From contig CAXXLQ010000004.1 of the NCBI GenBank assembly GCA_963668695.2, forward strand, positions 416,001 to 480,000: a stretch of 64,000 nt of DNA, written 5' to 3'. The notes beneath the pieces are model-generated. The model saw only the letters and a list, made by a program, of their open reading frames with translations, had not been told where the DNA came from and made no database searches. The position numbers and the translations under genes are program-made. Source of the stretch: Vicinamibacteria bacterium. GTDB taxonomy: Bacteria > Acidobacteriota > Vicinamibacteria > Marinacidobacterales > Marinacidobacteraceae. Shown piece after piece: positions 18,688-28,141 of the stretch (its first letter is position 1; each line of letters starts with the position of its first letter).

Positions 18688-19920
18688 ATGCCCGAATTCC
18701 TCTGCCAGGTCGGCGAACCCGCGGGCGACCTGCGGCGGCTCCGGCTGACCGCCCGGGACGCCGATGCTGCCCGCCAGGAACTGCAGAGCCAGGGGCTTCA
18801 CGTCTTCGCGATTCGGCGCACCTCGCCCCTCGCCGCGCTGGGCCGTCTCTTCGAAGCGGGCACTCCCATCTTCCGCAGCCGGCGCCGGGTCCGGAGCCGC
18901 GACGTGCTGCTCTTCAACCAGGAGCTGGCCGCGCTGCTCCACGCCGGGCTGCCGCTCGCGGAGTCACTCGGGATCATGGTGGAGCGCATGGAGAACCCGA
19001 CCTTTCGGGATGCAGTCCAGACGATCCTCTCCGAGGTGCGGTCCGGGGTGCCGATGAGCACTGCGGTGAGCCGCTATCCGTTTTTCCCGTCGGTGTATCC
19101 GGCGTGCCTCCAGGCGGGGGAGACCAGCGGCGACCTCCCGGGGATGCTCGTGCGGTTCACGGACGCCATGCGGGTGGCCGTAAAGGCGCGGTCCAGCCTG
19201 ACCGCCGCCCTGGTCTATCCCGCATTCCTGCTCACCGCACTCCTCGGGACGGCTGCCTATCTCCTCCTGGGGGTGATCCCCAACTTCGTCCCCTTCTTCG
19301 CCGGCTTCAACCAGGAGCTGCCCCCCCTGACCACGGCGCTGCTGGCCGCCGCCGAATTCGTGAAGAGCCGGCTCCTCTGGGTGACCACCGGCCTCCTCGG
19401 CACGCTCCTGCTCTTCGCCGCCTGGTCGCGCACCGAAAGGGCCAAGCGTTTCCGGGACCGCTGGGTCCTGCGCCTCCCGGCGGTGGGAGGGGTGCTGAGG
19501 CTCTACGCCGTGTCCCAATTCTCGCGGGCGCTCGGGACCCTGCTCGGCGGGGGGATGCCGCTCGCGAGCGCAATCCCGGTGGCGGCGCGGGCGGTAGGCA
19601 ACCGCCACCTCAGGAGCGTGCTGGAACCCACCGCCGATCTGGTCCGCGAGGGCCGTTCCTTCGTGGAGACACTCGCCGACAGCGGCGAGATCCCCGGCTT
19701 CGCGCTCCAGATGGTCCGGGTGGGAGAGGGCACCGGCGACCTCGCCCGGATGGTTTCCTCGGTCGCCGATTTCAACGACGAGGTGATCGAGAACCGGGTG
19801 ACCGTGCTCCTCAGCCTGCTCACCCCGATCGTGCTCCTCATCCTGGGCGGCTTTGTGGCGCTCGTGCTCCTCGCGATCTACCTCCCCCTCTTCAGCCTCG
19901 CCTCGGTGCCCCAATTCTGA
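18688..19920 (+). CDS. type II secretion / type IV pilus inner-membrane protein (GspF/PilC family)
   Basis: FNQELAALLHAGLPL, AGETSGDL, AALVYP, MVRVGEGTGDL, AIYLPLF. Confidence 0.9.
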   Translation: MPEFLCQVGEPAGDLRRLRLTARDADAARQELQSQGLHVFAIRRTSPLAALGRLFEAGTPIFRSRRRVRSRDVLLFNQELAALLHAGLPLAESLGIMVERMENPTFRDAVQTILSEVRSGVPMSTAVSRYPFFPSVYPACLQAGETSGDLPGMLVRFTDAMRVAVKARSSLTAALVYPAFLLTALLGTAAYLLLGVIPNFVPFFAGFNQELPPLTTALLAAAEFVKSRLLWVTTGLLGTLLLFAAWSRTERAKRFRDRWVLRLPAVGGVLRLYAVSQFSRALGTLLGGGMPLASAIPVAARAVGNRHLRSVLEPTADLVREGRSFVETLADSGEIPGFALQMVRVGEGTGDLARMVSSVADFNDEVIENRVTVLLSLLTPIVLLILGGFVALVLLAIYLPLFSLASVPQF

Positions 19921-19992
19921 GATGCCAGTTCTGAAATGCCAGTTCTGAAATGCCGGTTCTGAAATGCCAGTTCTGAAATGCCAGTTCTGAAA
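19915..19992. repeat. 14-bp tandem repeat TTCTGAAATGCCAG, about 5.5 copies
   Basis: Units start at 19915, 19929, 19943, 19957, 19971, 19985; the first unit contains the gspF stop. Confidence 0.92.
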
Positions 19993-20004
19993 ACGCCAAC
20001 TCCG

Positions 20005-20511
20005 ATGCGCGCCCTCCCGAAGGCCGGACTTCCCCGGCCGGCGGGCCAGCGCGGCTTCACGCTCATCGAGCTGGTGGTGGCGGCCGGGATCCTGTCGGTG
20101 CTGGCGATGGCGATCATCCCGGTCGCCAAGGTCACCTCCGTCCGGGCCAAGGAGATCGAACTCCGCCGCAACCTCCGCACCGTTCGGCTCGCGATCGACG
20201 CCTACCGGGAGGCCGCCGAGGCCGGGGAGATCGATCCCGACTTCATCGAACCCGACCACGAGAACTATCCGCCCGATCTGGAGGCGCTCGTGGAGGGGGT
20301 TCCCGGCCCCCGCGGGCCGGACGGGAGAACCCCCGTCATTCGCTTCCTTCGCCGCCTGCCGACGGACCCGGTGACCGGACGCCCCGACTGGCTGCTGCGC
20401 TCCTATCAGGACGACCCGGGCAGACTCTCGTGGGGCGGCCAGAACGTCTACGACCTCCGCTCCGCATCGCCCCGCCTCGCCCTCGACGGCACGCCGTATC
20501 GGTCATGGTGA
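20005..20511 (+). CDS. pseudopilin (GspG-like)
   Basis: Prepilin site RG|FTLIELVV; KEIELRRNL, FLRRLPTDP, VYDLRS; alternative ATG at 19978. Confidence 0.88.
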   Translation: MRALPKAGLPRPAGQRGFTLIELVVAAGILSVLAMAIIPVAKVTSVRAKEIELRRNLRTVRLAIDAYREAAEAGEIDPDFIEPDHENYPPDLEALVEGVPGPRGPDGRTPVIRFLRRLPTDPVTGRPDWLLRSYQDDPGRLSWGGQNVYDLRSASPRLALDGTPYRSW

Positions 20512-20921
20512 CGAAGACCGCCCGCGCGCCCCACGCCGGAAGGAGTGCCGGGTTCAGCTTCATCGAGATGGTGCTGGTGCTGCTCGTTCTCGGGATCCTG
20601 TTCGCCATCGCGGTGCCCCGCTACCAGGCGCAGATCCTCAAGGCGAAGGAGGCGGTCCTGGAACACAACCTCGCGACGCTCCGGGAGCGGCTCGACCAGT
20701 ACCGGGCCGACCACGACGAGTTTCCGGCGAACCTCGCGGACCTCGTCGTCTCGGGGTACCTCCGGGGAGTCCCCGAAGACCCCATGACCCAGTCGATCCT
20801 CTGGGAGGAAGTGCGCGACGGCTACGACCCCATGTTCCCCGAGGCGCCGGCCGGGGTCTCCGACGTGCGCAGCCGCTCGGAGCAGGTCGGCAGCGACGGA
20901 CGCCCGTATCGTGAGTGGTAG
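20505..20921 (+). CDS. pseudopilin (GspG-like)
   Basis: AG|FSFIEMVLV, AKEAVL..NL, YLRGVPEDPMT. Confidence 0.85.
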   Translation: MVTKTARAPHAGRSAGFSFIEMVLVLLVLGILFAIAVPRYQAQILKAKEAVLEHNLATLRERLDQYRADHDEFPANLADLVVSGYLRGVPEDPMTQSILWEEVRDGYDPMFPEAPAGVSDVRSRSEQVGSDGRPYREW

Positions 20922-21549
20922 GCACTCCCCCCGGGACTCTGCCGGCTACGTCCTCTTCGGGGTGCTCGTCGGCATCACGCTGCTGGGCGTCGGACTGTCG
21001 GCGGGGGTCACCCTCTGGAGCCAGGTCGTCCAGCGCGAGCGGGAAGCGGAACTGCTCTTTCGGGGCGAGGCGGTCGTCCGCGCCCTCGAGCGTTTCCAGC
21101 AGGACCGCCCCGGAACGCTCCCCGAGACCCTCGAAGAACTCGTGGAAGGCAAGTACCTGCGCCGCGCCTGGGTGGACCCCATGACCGGGCGCAGCTTCCG
21201 CATCCTCCGCGCCCAAAACGCGCTCGCGAGCGGCGGTTCCGGGCCCGGACGGGAGAGAGGAGGTCGGCGGGGCAGCGGTCCGGCGCCCACCAACCCGGCG
21301 GGAGAAGAGGGGCCCCGGCGGGCGGCCAGCGGCGCGGCACGTGAGGAACGGGGCGAAGCGGGGGCCGCCGCCGAGCCCGCGACCGGGATCACGGGGGTGG
21401 TGAGCACGAGCGACCTGCTCAGCTTCCGGGCCTACGAAGGCGCCCGGCGCTACAGCGAGTGGCGGTTCGAGACCCAGGCGGGAGGCGCGGCGGGCGGCGG
21501 ATCACAGAGCACGGAGCGGTCGGGCCGCGCGGGCGAAAGCGAGCGCTGA
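20911..21549 (+). CDS. type II secretion pseudopilin-like protein
   Basis: AG|YVL hydrophobic N-terminus, QREREAELLFRG, YLRRAWVDPMTG, YSEWRF. Confidence 0.8.
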   Translation: MSGRHSPRDSAGYVLFGVLVGITLLGVGLSAGVTLWSQVVQREREAELLFRGEAVVRALERFQQDRPGTLPETLEELVEGKYLRRAWVDPMTGRSFRILRAQNALASGGSGPGRERGGRRGSGPAPTNPAGEEGPRRAASGAAREERGEAGAAAEPATGITGVVSTSDLLSFRAYEGARRYSEWRFETQAGGAAGGGSQSTERSGRAGESER

Positions 21550-21589
21550 CAACGGCGTCCGCAGGACCGACGCTCGGTCAGCTCTGGAT

Positions 21590-22183
21590 CTAGCTCTGGC
21601 CGCGCCGCGCGAACGCTTCCAGCCCCGCCCGCGGGCAGGTATTTCGCTCGACGTACGCGAGCAGATTTCCCGCTAGCTTGCGGGTCCGGCCCTCCACCGC
21701 CTCGTCGAGGCAATTCCCCTCCGCGTCGAAGACCCGGTGCACTCCCGCGATCGACACCGGGCCGGGAAGGACGATCATTCCGACGTGGGACAGGACGCTC
21801 CGCAGATGTTCGAGCGCCTTGACCGCACCGATCGCGCCCGAAGCGGCCCCGATGAGCGCCGCCGGCTTGCCGGCGAGCAACGACGGAAAGCCCAGGTTTT
21901 CGATCACCAGCTTCAGCGCCGCCGCGAAGCTGCCGTGGTACTCGGGGGTAGCGAGCAGCACGCCGTCGGCGTCGCGGACGGCCGCCTGGAGACGGTCCCG
22001 GCCGGGAGACTCTCCGGACCGCCCGGGAAACGGCAGGTCCATCTCCGCCGGATCGAGCCAGGTCACAAGGACCTCGGGGCTCTTCGCCAGCTCGTCCACG
22101 GCGAGCGCGAGCGCCTTCGAGGTGAGGTTGCCGGGGCGGCTGGTTCCCAGGATGGCCGCGATGCGGACTTTGTCTGGTGTCAT
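21590..22183 (-). CDS. NADPH-dependent FMN reductase
   Basis: ILGTSRPG, LATPEYHGS..AALK..IE, GAIG. Confidence 0.88.
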   Translation of the reverse strand: MTPDKVRIAAILGTSRPGNLTSKALALAVDELAKSPEVLVTWLDPAEMDLPFPGRSGESPGRDRLQAAVRDADGVLLATPEYHGSFAAALKLVIENLGFPSLLAGKPAALIGAASGAIGAVKALEHLRSVLSHVGMIVLPGPVSIAGVHRVFDAEGNCLDEAVEGRTRKLAGNLLAYVERNTCPRAGLEAFARRGQS

Positions 22184-22265
22184 GAATGGTTGCTTCTCCA
22201 GTTTCTTCGGGGTACGCGGAAGGTGCGCCGCCGGGTTTAGCGGAAGCGTGGGCGAGTCGGGGAGG

Positions 22266-23750
22266 CTACGTCTTCCGGCGGCTCCCACTCCACAAGCGGC
22301 GCCGAGTCACCGTGCGCCAGTCGGCGATGTAGTCGTCGACCGGACGCCGGCGCGCGAGGTCGGAGTCCGCGGCGCGGAGGCAGCGTCGCATAGTGCGCGC
22401 GGCGTAGACGCCACCGAGCACATTGGCGAGCGAGACCGCGGCGAAGAGGCCCACGGCGCCAAAGAGCGCGCCGAGCGAGGCGAGCGGAGCCGTGAACGCG
22501 AACGTTTTGACCATCAGGATGCGAAGGGACTCTCCCGGTATCTGCACTCCGTTGAAGATGGAAGAGGTCACCGCGAGGAGCCCCGCCGGCGCGTAAGAGA
22601 TTGCGACTATCCGGAAGTACAGGGTCACGTAGTGCTGGACTGTTTCGTCGCCGCTGAACATCCGGGCCACCGGCCCGGCGCCGAGGACGAGCGCCACGAA
22701 CAACAGGCCGCCCCAGTAGAACGACGCCTTCCCCGCGAAGACGATCGCTTCGTCCACCCGGGCGCGGTTTCTGGCGCCGAAGTTCTGGGCGACAAACGGA
22801 ACGAGCGCGACGCTCACGCTCGATATCCCCACGAGTCCCAGAAGTTCGATCCGCGTCGCGATCCCCAGCGCCGCAACGACCTCGGCCCCGGACTTCGCGG
22901 CCAGGAAAGTGACGAATACGGCGGTTAGCGGGGTGAGCACCTGGGTAGCGACCGTGGGCGCGGAGAGCCGCAGGATCGGGAGCAGGACGGCGCTTCGGGG
23001 GGACCCGTCCTCCATCCGCTGCCGCCGGAGCAGACCCGCCCGTACGAGCAGCACTACCGTCGAGACGGCCACGAACCCCCATGAGATGACGGTGGCGAGC
23101 GCGGCGCCCTGGATCTCGAGGCGCGGGAACGGACCGGCGCCGAAGATCAACAGGTAGTCGAGGACGAGGTTCAGCACCCCCGCCGCACCCATCAGGAGCT
23201 CGGGAGCCCTTAACCAACCCGTCGCCCGGACCGCGGCGTTTCCGACGAGCGCGACGGCGAGGAGCGGCATGCCGAGGTAGAGGACGCCCATGTACTCGGC
23301 GATGAGCGGGAGGATGGCGGCGTCCGCCCCGAGCAGGCCGAAAACCGGCCCGATCGTGAGCAGGCCGATCAGCGAGAGGAGCGCCGCGAGCCCGGCGGCG
23401 AGGACCACGGACGTCCGCGCGAAGCGCGCCGCGCGGGACGCGTCCCCCTCGCCGAGCGCGCGGGCGACGAGCGACGACGCGCCGACCGACAGCCCGATGA
23501 ACAGCCCGACCAGCAGGAAGAAGAGCGCCGAGGAGAAGCTGAGGGCGGCGAGCTCAGCCGTGCCGAGCCTGCCGACGAACCAGGTGTCCACCACCTGGAA
23601 CAGGAAGGTCGAGAGCATGCCCAGACTGATGGGCGCCGACATCGCGAACAGGGCGCGATTCACCGGGGCGACCGCGAGACGGCGGCCGGGATCGGTGGCG
23701 CTTTGCTCGGGACCCGGGGTTGTCAACGGCCGGAACAACGGGGTCTCCAA
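22266..23750 (-). CDS. MATE family efflux transporter
   Basis: VDTWFVGRLG...LAA, NLVLDYLLIFG, GAALATVIS, AQNFGA; about 12 hydrophobic segments. Confidence 0.9.
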   Translation of the reverse strand: METPLFRPLTTPGPEQSATDPGRRLAVAPVNRALFAMSAPISLGMLSTFLFQVVDTWFVGRLGTAELAALSFSSALFFLLVGLFIGLSVGASSLVARALGEGDASRAARFARTSVVLAAGLAALLSLIGLLTIGPVFGLLGADAAILPLIAEYMGVLYLGMPLLAVALVGNAAVRATGWLRAPELLMGAAGVLNLVLDYLLIFGAGPFPRLEIQGAALATVISWGFVAVSTVVLLVRAGLLRRQRMEDGSPRSAVLLPILRLSAPTVATQVLTPLTAVFVTFLAAKSGAEVVAALGIATRIELLGLVGISSVSVALVPFVAQNFGARNRARVDEAIVFAGKASFYWGGLLFVALVLGAGPVARMFSGDETVQHYVTLYFRIVAISYAPAGLLAVTSSIFNGVQIPGESLRILMVKTFAFTAPLASLGALFGAVGLFAAVSLANVLGGVYAARTMRRCLRAADSDLARRRPVDDYIADWRTVTRRRLWSGSRRKT

Positions 23751-23843
23751 CCGGAAGGTTCCGCACCGAAGCCCGGAGCGCGTTCCCGGCCGATGCGAGT
23801 CGAGGCCGGTCGGAGGGCGTGCTGCAGCGCCGCGCGGCGGTCG

Positions 23844-26741
23844 TCAGGCTCCCGGGTCCGGGCCGCCGCCGTCGGCCAGGTACTGCGCGATGTATTCCGC
23901 CGGGTGGATGGCGTAGCGCTTCGTCGCATCGAGCACCTGATGCCGGCAGGAGGTGCCGGCCGCCACCAGCGCGTCCTCCGTCGCCAGCGTCCGCACCGCC
24001 GGGAAGAGCCGGCGCTCGCCGATCGCGAGCGACAACTCGTAGTGATCGGAGGTGTAGCCGAAGCTGCCGGCCATTCCGCAGCAACCCGAATCGGCCACCG
24101 TAACCTGGGCGCCGGTGGTCGATAGGAGACCCGCCAGCGGCCCGGTCCCGCAAAACGTCTTCTGGTGGCAGTGGCCATGGGCGAGCACGTGGGAGCCTTC
24201 GCCCCGGCCGCCGGTGAGGCGGGAAAGCTCCTCCCGGTGATCGCCCAGGAACTCGTCGAAGAGAACCGCGCGCTTTGCGATCGCCTGGGCGGCGGGACGG
24301 TCCTCCTCGGGAACCAGATCGGGGATCTCGTCGCGGAAGCTGAAGAGACACGAGGGCTCGAGCCCGACGATGGCGGTGCCCTCGCCGGCGATGCCGCCGA
24401 GCGCCCGAACGCTCTCCCGCGCGAGCCGGCGGGCCCGGCCCAAAAGCCCCCGGGAGATCGCCGGCCGGCCGCAGCAGACCACCGGGGCCAACACGACCCG
24501 GTAGCCGAGTGCCCAGAGCACCCGGCAGGCGGCGATCCCGATCCGCGGTTCGAAGTAGTTCGTGAAGGTGTCGGGGAAGAGCGCCACTTTCCCGCGCGGG
24601 GACTGCGGCTGGCAGGCCGCCTCCGTCCTGCGGAACCAGCTCGCGAAGGATCGGCGCGCCAGCTTCGGAAGGCTCCGGCGCCGGTCGAAGCCGATCGTGC
24701 GAGCCAACAGGGAGGCCGCCCAGCCCCGCCGGTCCGCCCAGCGGGCGAGCGGCCCCAGCCGGCTCCCCCAGCGGGCCAGGACGTCCGGCGCGCCGAACAG
24801 CCGGTCGGCGAGCGGCCGCCGCCGGTTCCGGTAGTAGCGGTGCAGGAAATCGGACTTGAGCCGGGCCATGTCCACCCCGGACGGACACTCGGCCTTGCAG
24901 GCTTTGCAGGCCAGGCAGAGGTCCAGCGCCTGGAGGACGCGGTCTTCCGACTCCCGCTCCGGGGGCAGCCGCCCGTCGAGCAGCGCGCGCAGCAGGTTCG
25001 CCCGGCCCCGGGTGGAGTGCTCCTCCTCCTTGGTGGCCATGAACGAGGGGCACATCGTCCCCACCAGTTCCTTGCGGCAGACCCCGGATCCGTTGCAGAG
25101 CTCCACCGCACCCGCGAAACCGCCGTGGCGCTGGTACGGATAGACCACCGGGAGCTCCGCCGCCCGGTAACCCGCGCCGTAACGGAGGTTGTCGGTCATG
25201 GCCGGGGCGTTCACCACCTTCCCCGGATTCATGATGCCCGCCGGGTCGAACGCCGCCTTCAGACGCCTAAACGCCTGGTACACCCGCGGCCCGAAGACCT
25301 TCTCGTTGAAGTGGCTGCGCGCGAGCCCGTCGCCGTGCTCCCCGCTCATGGCGCCCCCGAAGTCGAGCACCAGGTCGCAGACCTCCCGGGCCAGGGTGTC
25401 CATCTTCTGGATCTCGGCGGGGTCTTTCAGGTTGATCAGGGGCCGGATGTGGAGGCACCCGGCGCCGGCGTGGGCGTAGAAGCTGCCCTCGGTGTTCCGC
25501 CCGGACAGGATTTCCTCGAACCGGCGGATGAACTCCGGCAGCCGGGATGGCTCGACCGCGGTGTCCTCGACGAAGGCGATGGGCTTTTTGTCTCCCGGAA
25601 GGCTCAGGAGGAGCGGAAGCGCCGCCTTCCGCACCGCCCAGACGTTTTGCTGCTCCGCGGGATCGAGGATTCGCAGGTGGGGACGCCCCTGATTGCCGAG
25701 CCGGCGTTCGAGGTCGGCCAGCTTCGAAGCCACTTCGGCGCGACTCCCTCCCGCGAACTCGACCAGGATGAGCGCCCCCGGTTCGCCCTCGACGAAGTGG
25801 AGGCGCCGCGAGTACTCGAGCGACTCGCGGGCGAGTTCCAGAACCATCCGGTCCACGAGTTCCACCGCGGTGGGATGGAGATCGAGCGCCACCACCCCCG
25901 CCTCGAGGGCCGGGAGCAGCCCGTCGAAATGCAGCACCGCGAGCCCGACCGCGGGCGGGAGCTGGTGCAGCTTCACCCGGGCCTCGACCACGGTCCCGAG
26001 CGTTCCCTCGGACCCGACGATCAGGTGCGCCAGGTTCATCCCGCCCGGATCGAGCAGCACGTCCAGGTTGTAACCGGAGACCCGGCGCGGGATGCGCGGG
26101 AACCGTTCCCGGATCTCATCCGAGTACTCGTCCCGAATCGCCAGCAGTTCGCGAAGCAGCGGGGCGAGCGCCCCGTTGCCCCGCGCCCGGCGCCGCATGT
26201 CTTCCCAGCTCAGCCACGAAAGCCGTTCGCAGCTTCCGTCGGGGAGCACCACGGTCGCGTCGAGAACGTTGTCCACGGTCTTGCCGTAGACGAGCGAGCG
26301 GGCGCCGGCCGAGTTGTTGCCGATCATCCCGCCGAGGTTGGCGCGGTTCGAGGTCGAGGTCTCGGGGCCGAACCGGAGACCGAGCGGCGCCAGCGCGGCG
26401 CCGAAGGCGTCCTGCACCACGCCCGGTTGCACCCGGGCCCAGAGCTCTTCCTTGTTGATCTCCAGGATGCTGCGGAAGTGCACCGACAGGTCCAGCACCA
26501 CCGCCTCGCCGACCGCCTGCCCGGCGAGCGAGGTGCCGCCGCCGCGCGGAAGCACCGGGGCGCCCGCCTCCGCCGCCACCCGGACCGCCTCCGCCACATC
26601 CGCCGTGTGGCGCGGGATCACCACTCCCAGGGGTTCGATCTGGTAAATGCTCGCGTCGTTCGAGTAGAGGATCCGGCTGGCGCGGTCGAAGCGAACGTCC
26701 CCCTCGATGCGCGAAGCAAGCTCGCGCGCCAGTTCGCCCAT
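23844..26741 (-). CDS. FAD-binding / Fe-S / CCG-domain oxidoreductase (YdiJ-like)
   Basis: RGGGTSLAGQ, GSEGTL, SGEHGDG, CNGSGVC, CLACKACKAECP, CCG, HGHCHQ, CCGMAGSFG. Confidence 0.92.
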   Translation of the reverse strand: MGELARELASRIEGDVRFDRASRILYSNDASIYQIEPLGVVIPRHTADVAEAVRVAAEAGAPVLPRGGGTSLAGQAVGEAVVLDLSVHFRSILEINKEELWARVQPGVVQDAFGAALAPLGLRFGPETSTSNRANLGGMIGNNSAGARSLVYGKTVDNVLDATVVLPDGSCERLSWLSWEDMRRRARGNGALAPLLRELLAIRDEYSDEIRERFPRIPRRVSGYNLDVLLDPGGMNLAHLIVGSEGTLGTVVEARVKLHQLPPAVGLAVLHFDGLLPALEAGVVALDLHPTAVELVDRMVLELARESLEYSRRLHFVEGEPGALILVEFAGGSRAEVASKLADLERRLGNQGRPHLRILDPAEQQNVWAVRKAALPLLLSLPGDKKPIAFVEDTAVEPSRLPEFIRRFEEILSGRNTEGSFYAHAGAGCLHIRPLINLKDPAEIQKMDTLAREVCDLVLDFGGAMSGEHGDGLARSHFNEKVFGPRVYQAFRRLKAAFDPAGIMNPGKVVNAPAMTDNLRYGAGYRAAELPVVYPYQRHGGFAGAVELCNGSGVCRKELVGTMCPSFMATKEEEHSTRGRANLLRALLDGRLPPERESEDRVLQALDLCLACKACKAECPSGVDMARLKSDFLHRYYRNRRRPLADRLFGAPDVLARWGSRLGPLARWADRRGWAASLLARTIGFDRRRSLPKLARRSFASWFRRTEAACQPQSPRGKVALFPDTFTNYFEPRIGIAACRVLWALGYRVVLAPVVCCGRPAISRGLLGRARRLARESVRALGGIAGEGTAIVGLEPSCLFSFRDEIPDLVPEEDRPAAQAIAKRAVLFDEFLGDHREELSRLTGGRGEGSHVLAHGHCHQKTFCGTGPLAGLLSTTGAQVTVADSGCCGMAGSFGYTSDHYELSLAIGERRLFPAVRTLATEDALVAAGTSCRHQVLDATKRYAIHPAEYIAQYLADGGGPDPGA

Positions 26742-26772
26742 GGGGGGTGGAGAGTACAGGGAGCGGGGGCTT

Positions 26773-26825
26773 GGAGCGCCCGTCTTCAGACCGCCGTCGC
26801 CTCCCGCAGGGGGGCGAAACTCCCC
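26773..26825. repeat. REP-like hairpin unit
   Basis: GGAGCGCCCGTCTTCAGACCGCC ... GAAACTCCCC. Confidence 0.55.
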
Positions 26826-26911
26826 CTGTTACTCCCCTTTGCGGCTAACCCGTCAAGTGGCGCGAGTTTCACTACCGGCTGTTATCTCCCGGCGCCGGCG
26901 ACCCCTACGAC

Positions 26912-27931
26912 TTATCTCGAATGCGAGTTCGTGTAATGGTCGGCGAGAAGGTCCCTGCCGAAGTCTCCCTCCAGATCGCGCCAGACCGTGTGGATGTGGT
27001 TCGCGTCATTCTGCGTGTTGTCGTATTCGATGAGGAACGTCGGGCCGTGGACCCGGTAGTAGTGCGGGTCGCCGGGCTCAGCGGTGCCGGCCCACGCGAA
27101 GTGAATGTCTTGGAGACCGGCCGCCTTGATCTTGTCGAACTCGTCCTTTGCGAGGTCGAGCCGCAGCCGGCCGGTATAGACCTGCAGGAGCTCGACGAGC
27201 TTGTCGGCCTGCTCGTCCGTCATGTCGCGGGTCGCAACCCCGAGCGGTTCCCCGGCCTCGGCGACCCGGTCGTGGCCCGTCAGGATGTCGGGCGGCGCCT
27301 CGGCGTCGAAGATGACCTTTTCACGCGCCCCACCATCGAAGAGCGCGAGCAGCTCCCTCGCTACCGTCTGCTCCGCCGCGAGCACCTCGAGACCCTCGTG
27401 CTTGCCTTCCCCGGCGATCGCCGGATTGCTGCCCATGAACGCCGGTGACGTCGCGATGACCTCGCCGTCGTTGAGCGTGAGGTTGAGCGACAGATGATGC
27501 CCCTCGACGCGCCAGCCCCAGGCGCCCGAGCTCGATGGCTCATCGAACACCGTGAAGTAGTAGCGGTCGGAATCACGAATGTCGCGGCCTTCGCGCTCGT
27601 AGAGAATCTGTTCGAGATACATGATCCCGAGCGCCTTGCTGATCCCCTCGTGGCTCAAAGCCGTGCCGAGCAGGCGGTCGGCGAGCCGGCGCTGGGGCGG
27701 CGTGAACTCCCCGTACGGGAGTCCCTCCCGATCCCGCGGTATGAAGTGCCAATTGAGCCGCTCGTCGTCAGCGAACGCGAACGTCGCCTGGTCCCGCTGG
27801 TCGGGATCGAGCGAGACCAGAAAATGCCGCGCCCGGTCGATCATCTCCTCGGCAACATCCTGAGATACGGCCGTCCAGCCAATCGACGCCGCGAGTACGA
27901 GGCATGCGAACAACGCAATCCTGATCTTCAT
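26912..27931 (-). CDS. DUF3500-like secreted protein
   Basis: Signal peptide, NWHFIP, WGWRVEGHHLSLN, HYYRVHGPTFLIEYDNTQNDANHIHTVWRD. Confidence 0.88.
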   Translation of the reverse strand: MKIRIALFACLVLAASIGWTAVSQDVAEEMIDRARHFLVSLDPDQRDQATFAFADDERLNWHFIPRDREGLPYGEFTPPQRRLADRLLGTALSHEGISKALGIMYLEQILYEREGRDIRDSDRYYFTVFDEPSSSGAWGWRVEGHHLSLNLTLNDGEVIATSPAFMGSNPAIAGEGKHEGLEVLAAEQTVARELLALFDGGAREKVIFDAEAPPDILTGHDRVAEAGEPLGVATRDMTDEQADKLVELLQVYTGRLRLDLAKDEFDKIKAAGLQDIHFAWAGTAEPGDPHYYRVHGPTFLIEYDNTQNDANHIHTVWRDLEGDFGRDLLADHYTNSHSR

Positions 27932-28002
27932 GTTCGGTCTCCTTCCTTTGACCGATTCTACGCTCGCGTACCGCCGACCGCGAACAAGCGCCGGGACGGC
28001 CA

Positions 28003-28126
28003 GGAGCGCTGGCCAGTTCTCCCGGTGGGGGCCTTCAGACCGGCATCGCGGCCGGAGGCCGCGAAACTCCCATCGTCGCTCCCCGCGTGGCACCGCGGTG
28101 AATAGGAGCGCCGATCTTCAGGCTCC
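28003..28126. repeat. REP-like cluster carrying a 20-mer insertion
   Basis: GGAGCGCTGG[20-mer]CTTCAGACCGGCA ... GAAACTCCC ... GGAGCGCCGATCTTCAGGCTCCC. Confidence 0.65.
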
Positions 28127-28141
28127 CACCAACAGAAGCGG

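Noticed and set aside
14800-18700. tmRNA gene or integrase-type island at smpB
   Set aside because: No recognisable ssrA ends or tag ORF, and no integrase in the window.
18688-21549. Incomplete T2SS (no ATPase or secretin) as a novelty
   Set aside because: Split gsp/pil clusters are common, and the other genes may lie outside the window.
23554-26936. Long alternative ORFs (e.g. 24165-26936 +, and similar at 31531-33924 -, 36897-39014 +, 39791-41833 +)
   Set aside because: These are antisense or shifted shadows of well-supported genes in high-GC DNA. Only the last ~55 codons of 36897-39014 are real, belonging to the DUF1640-like pseudogene.
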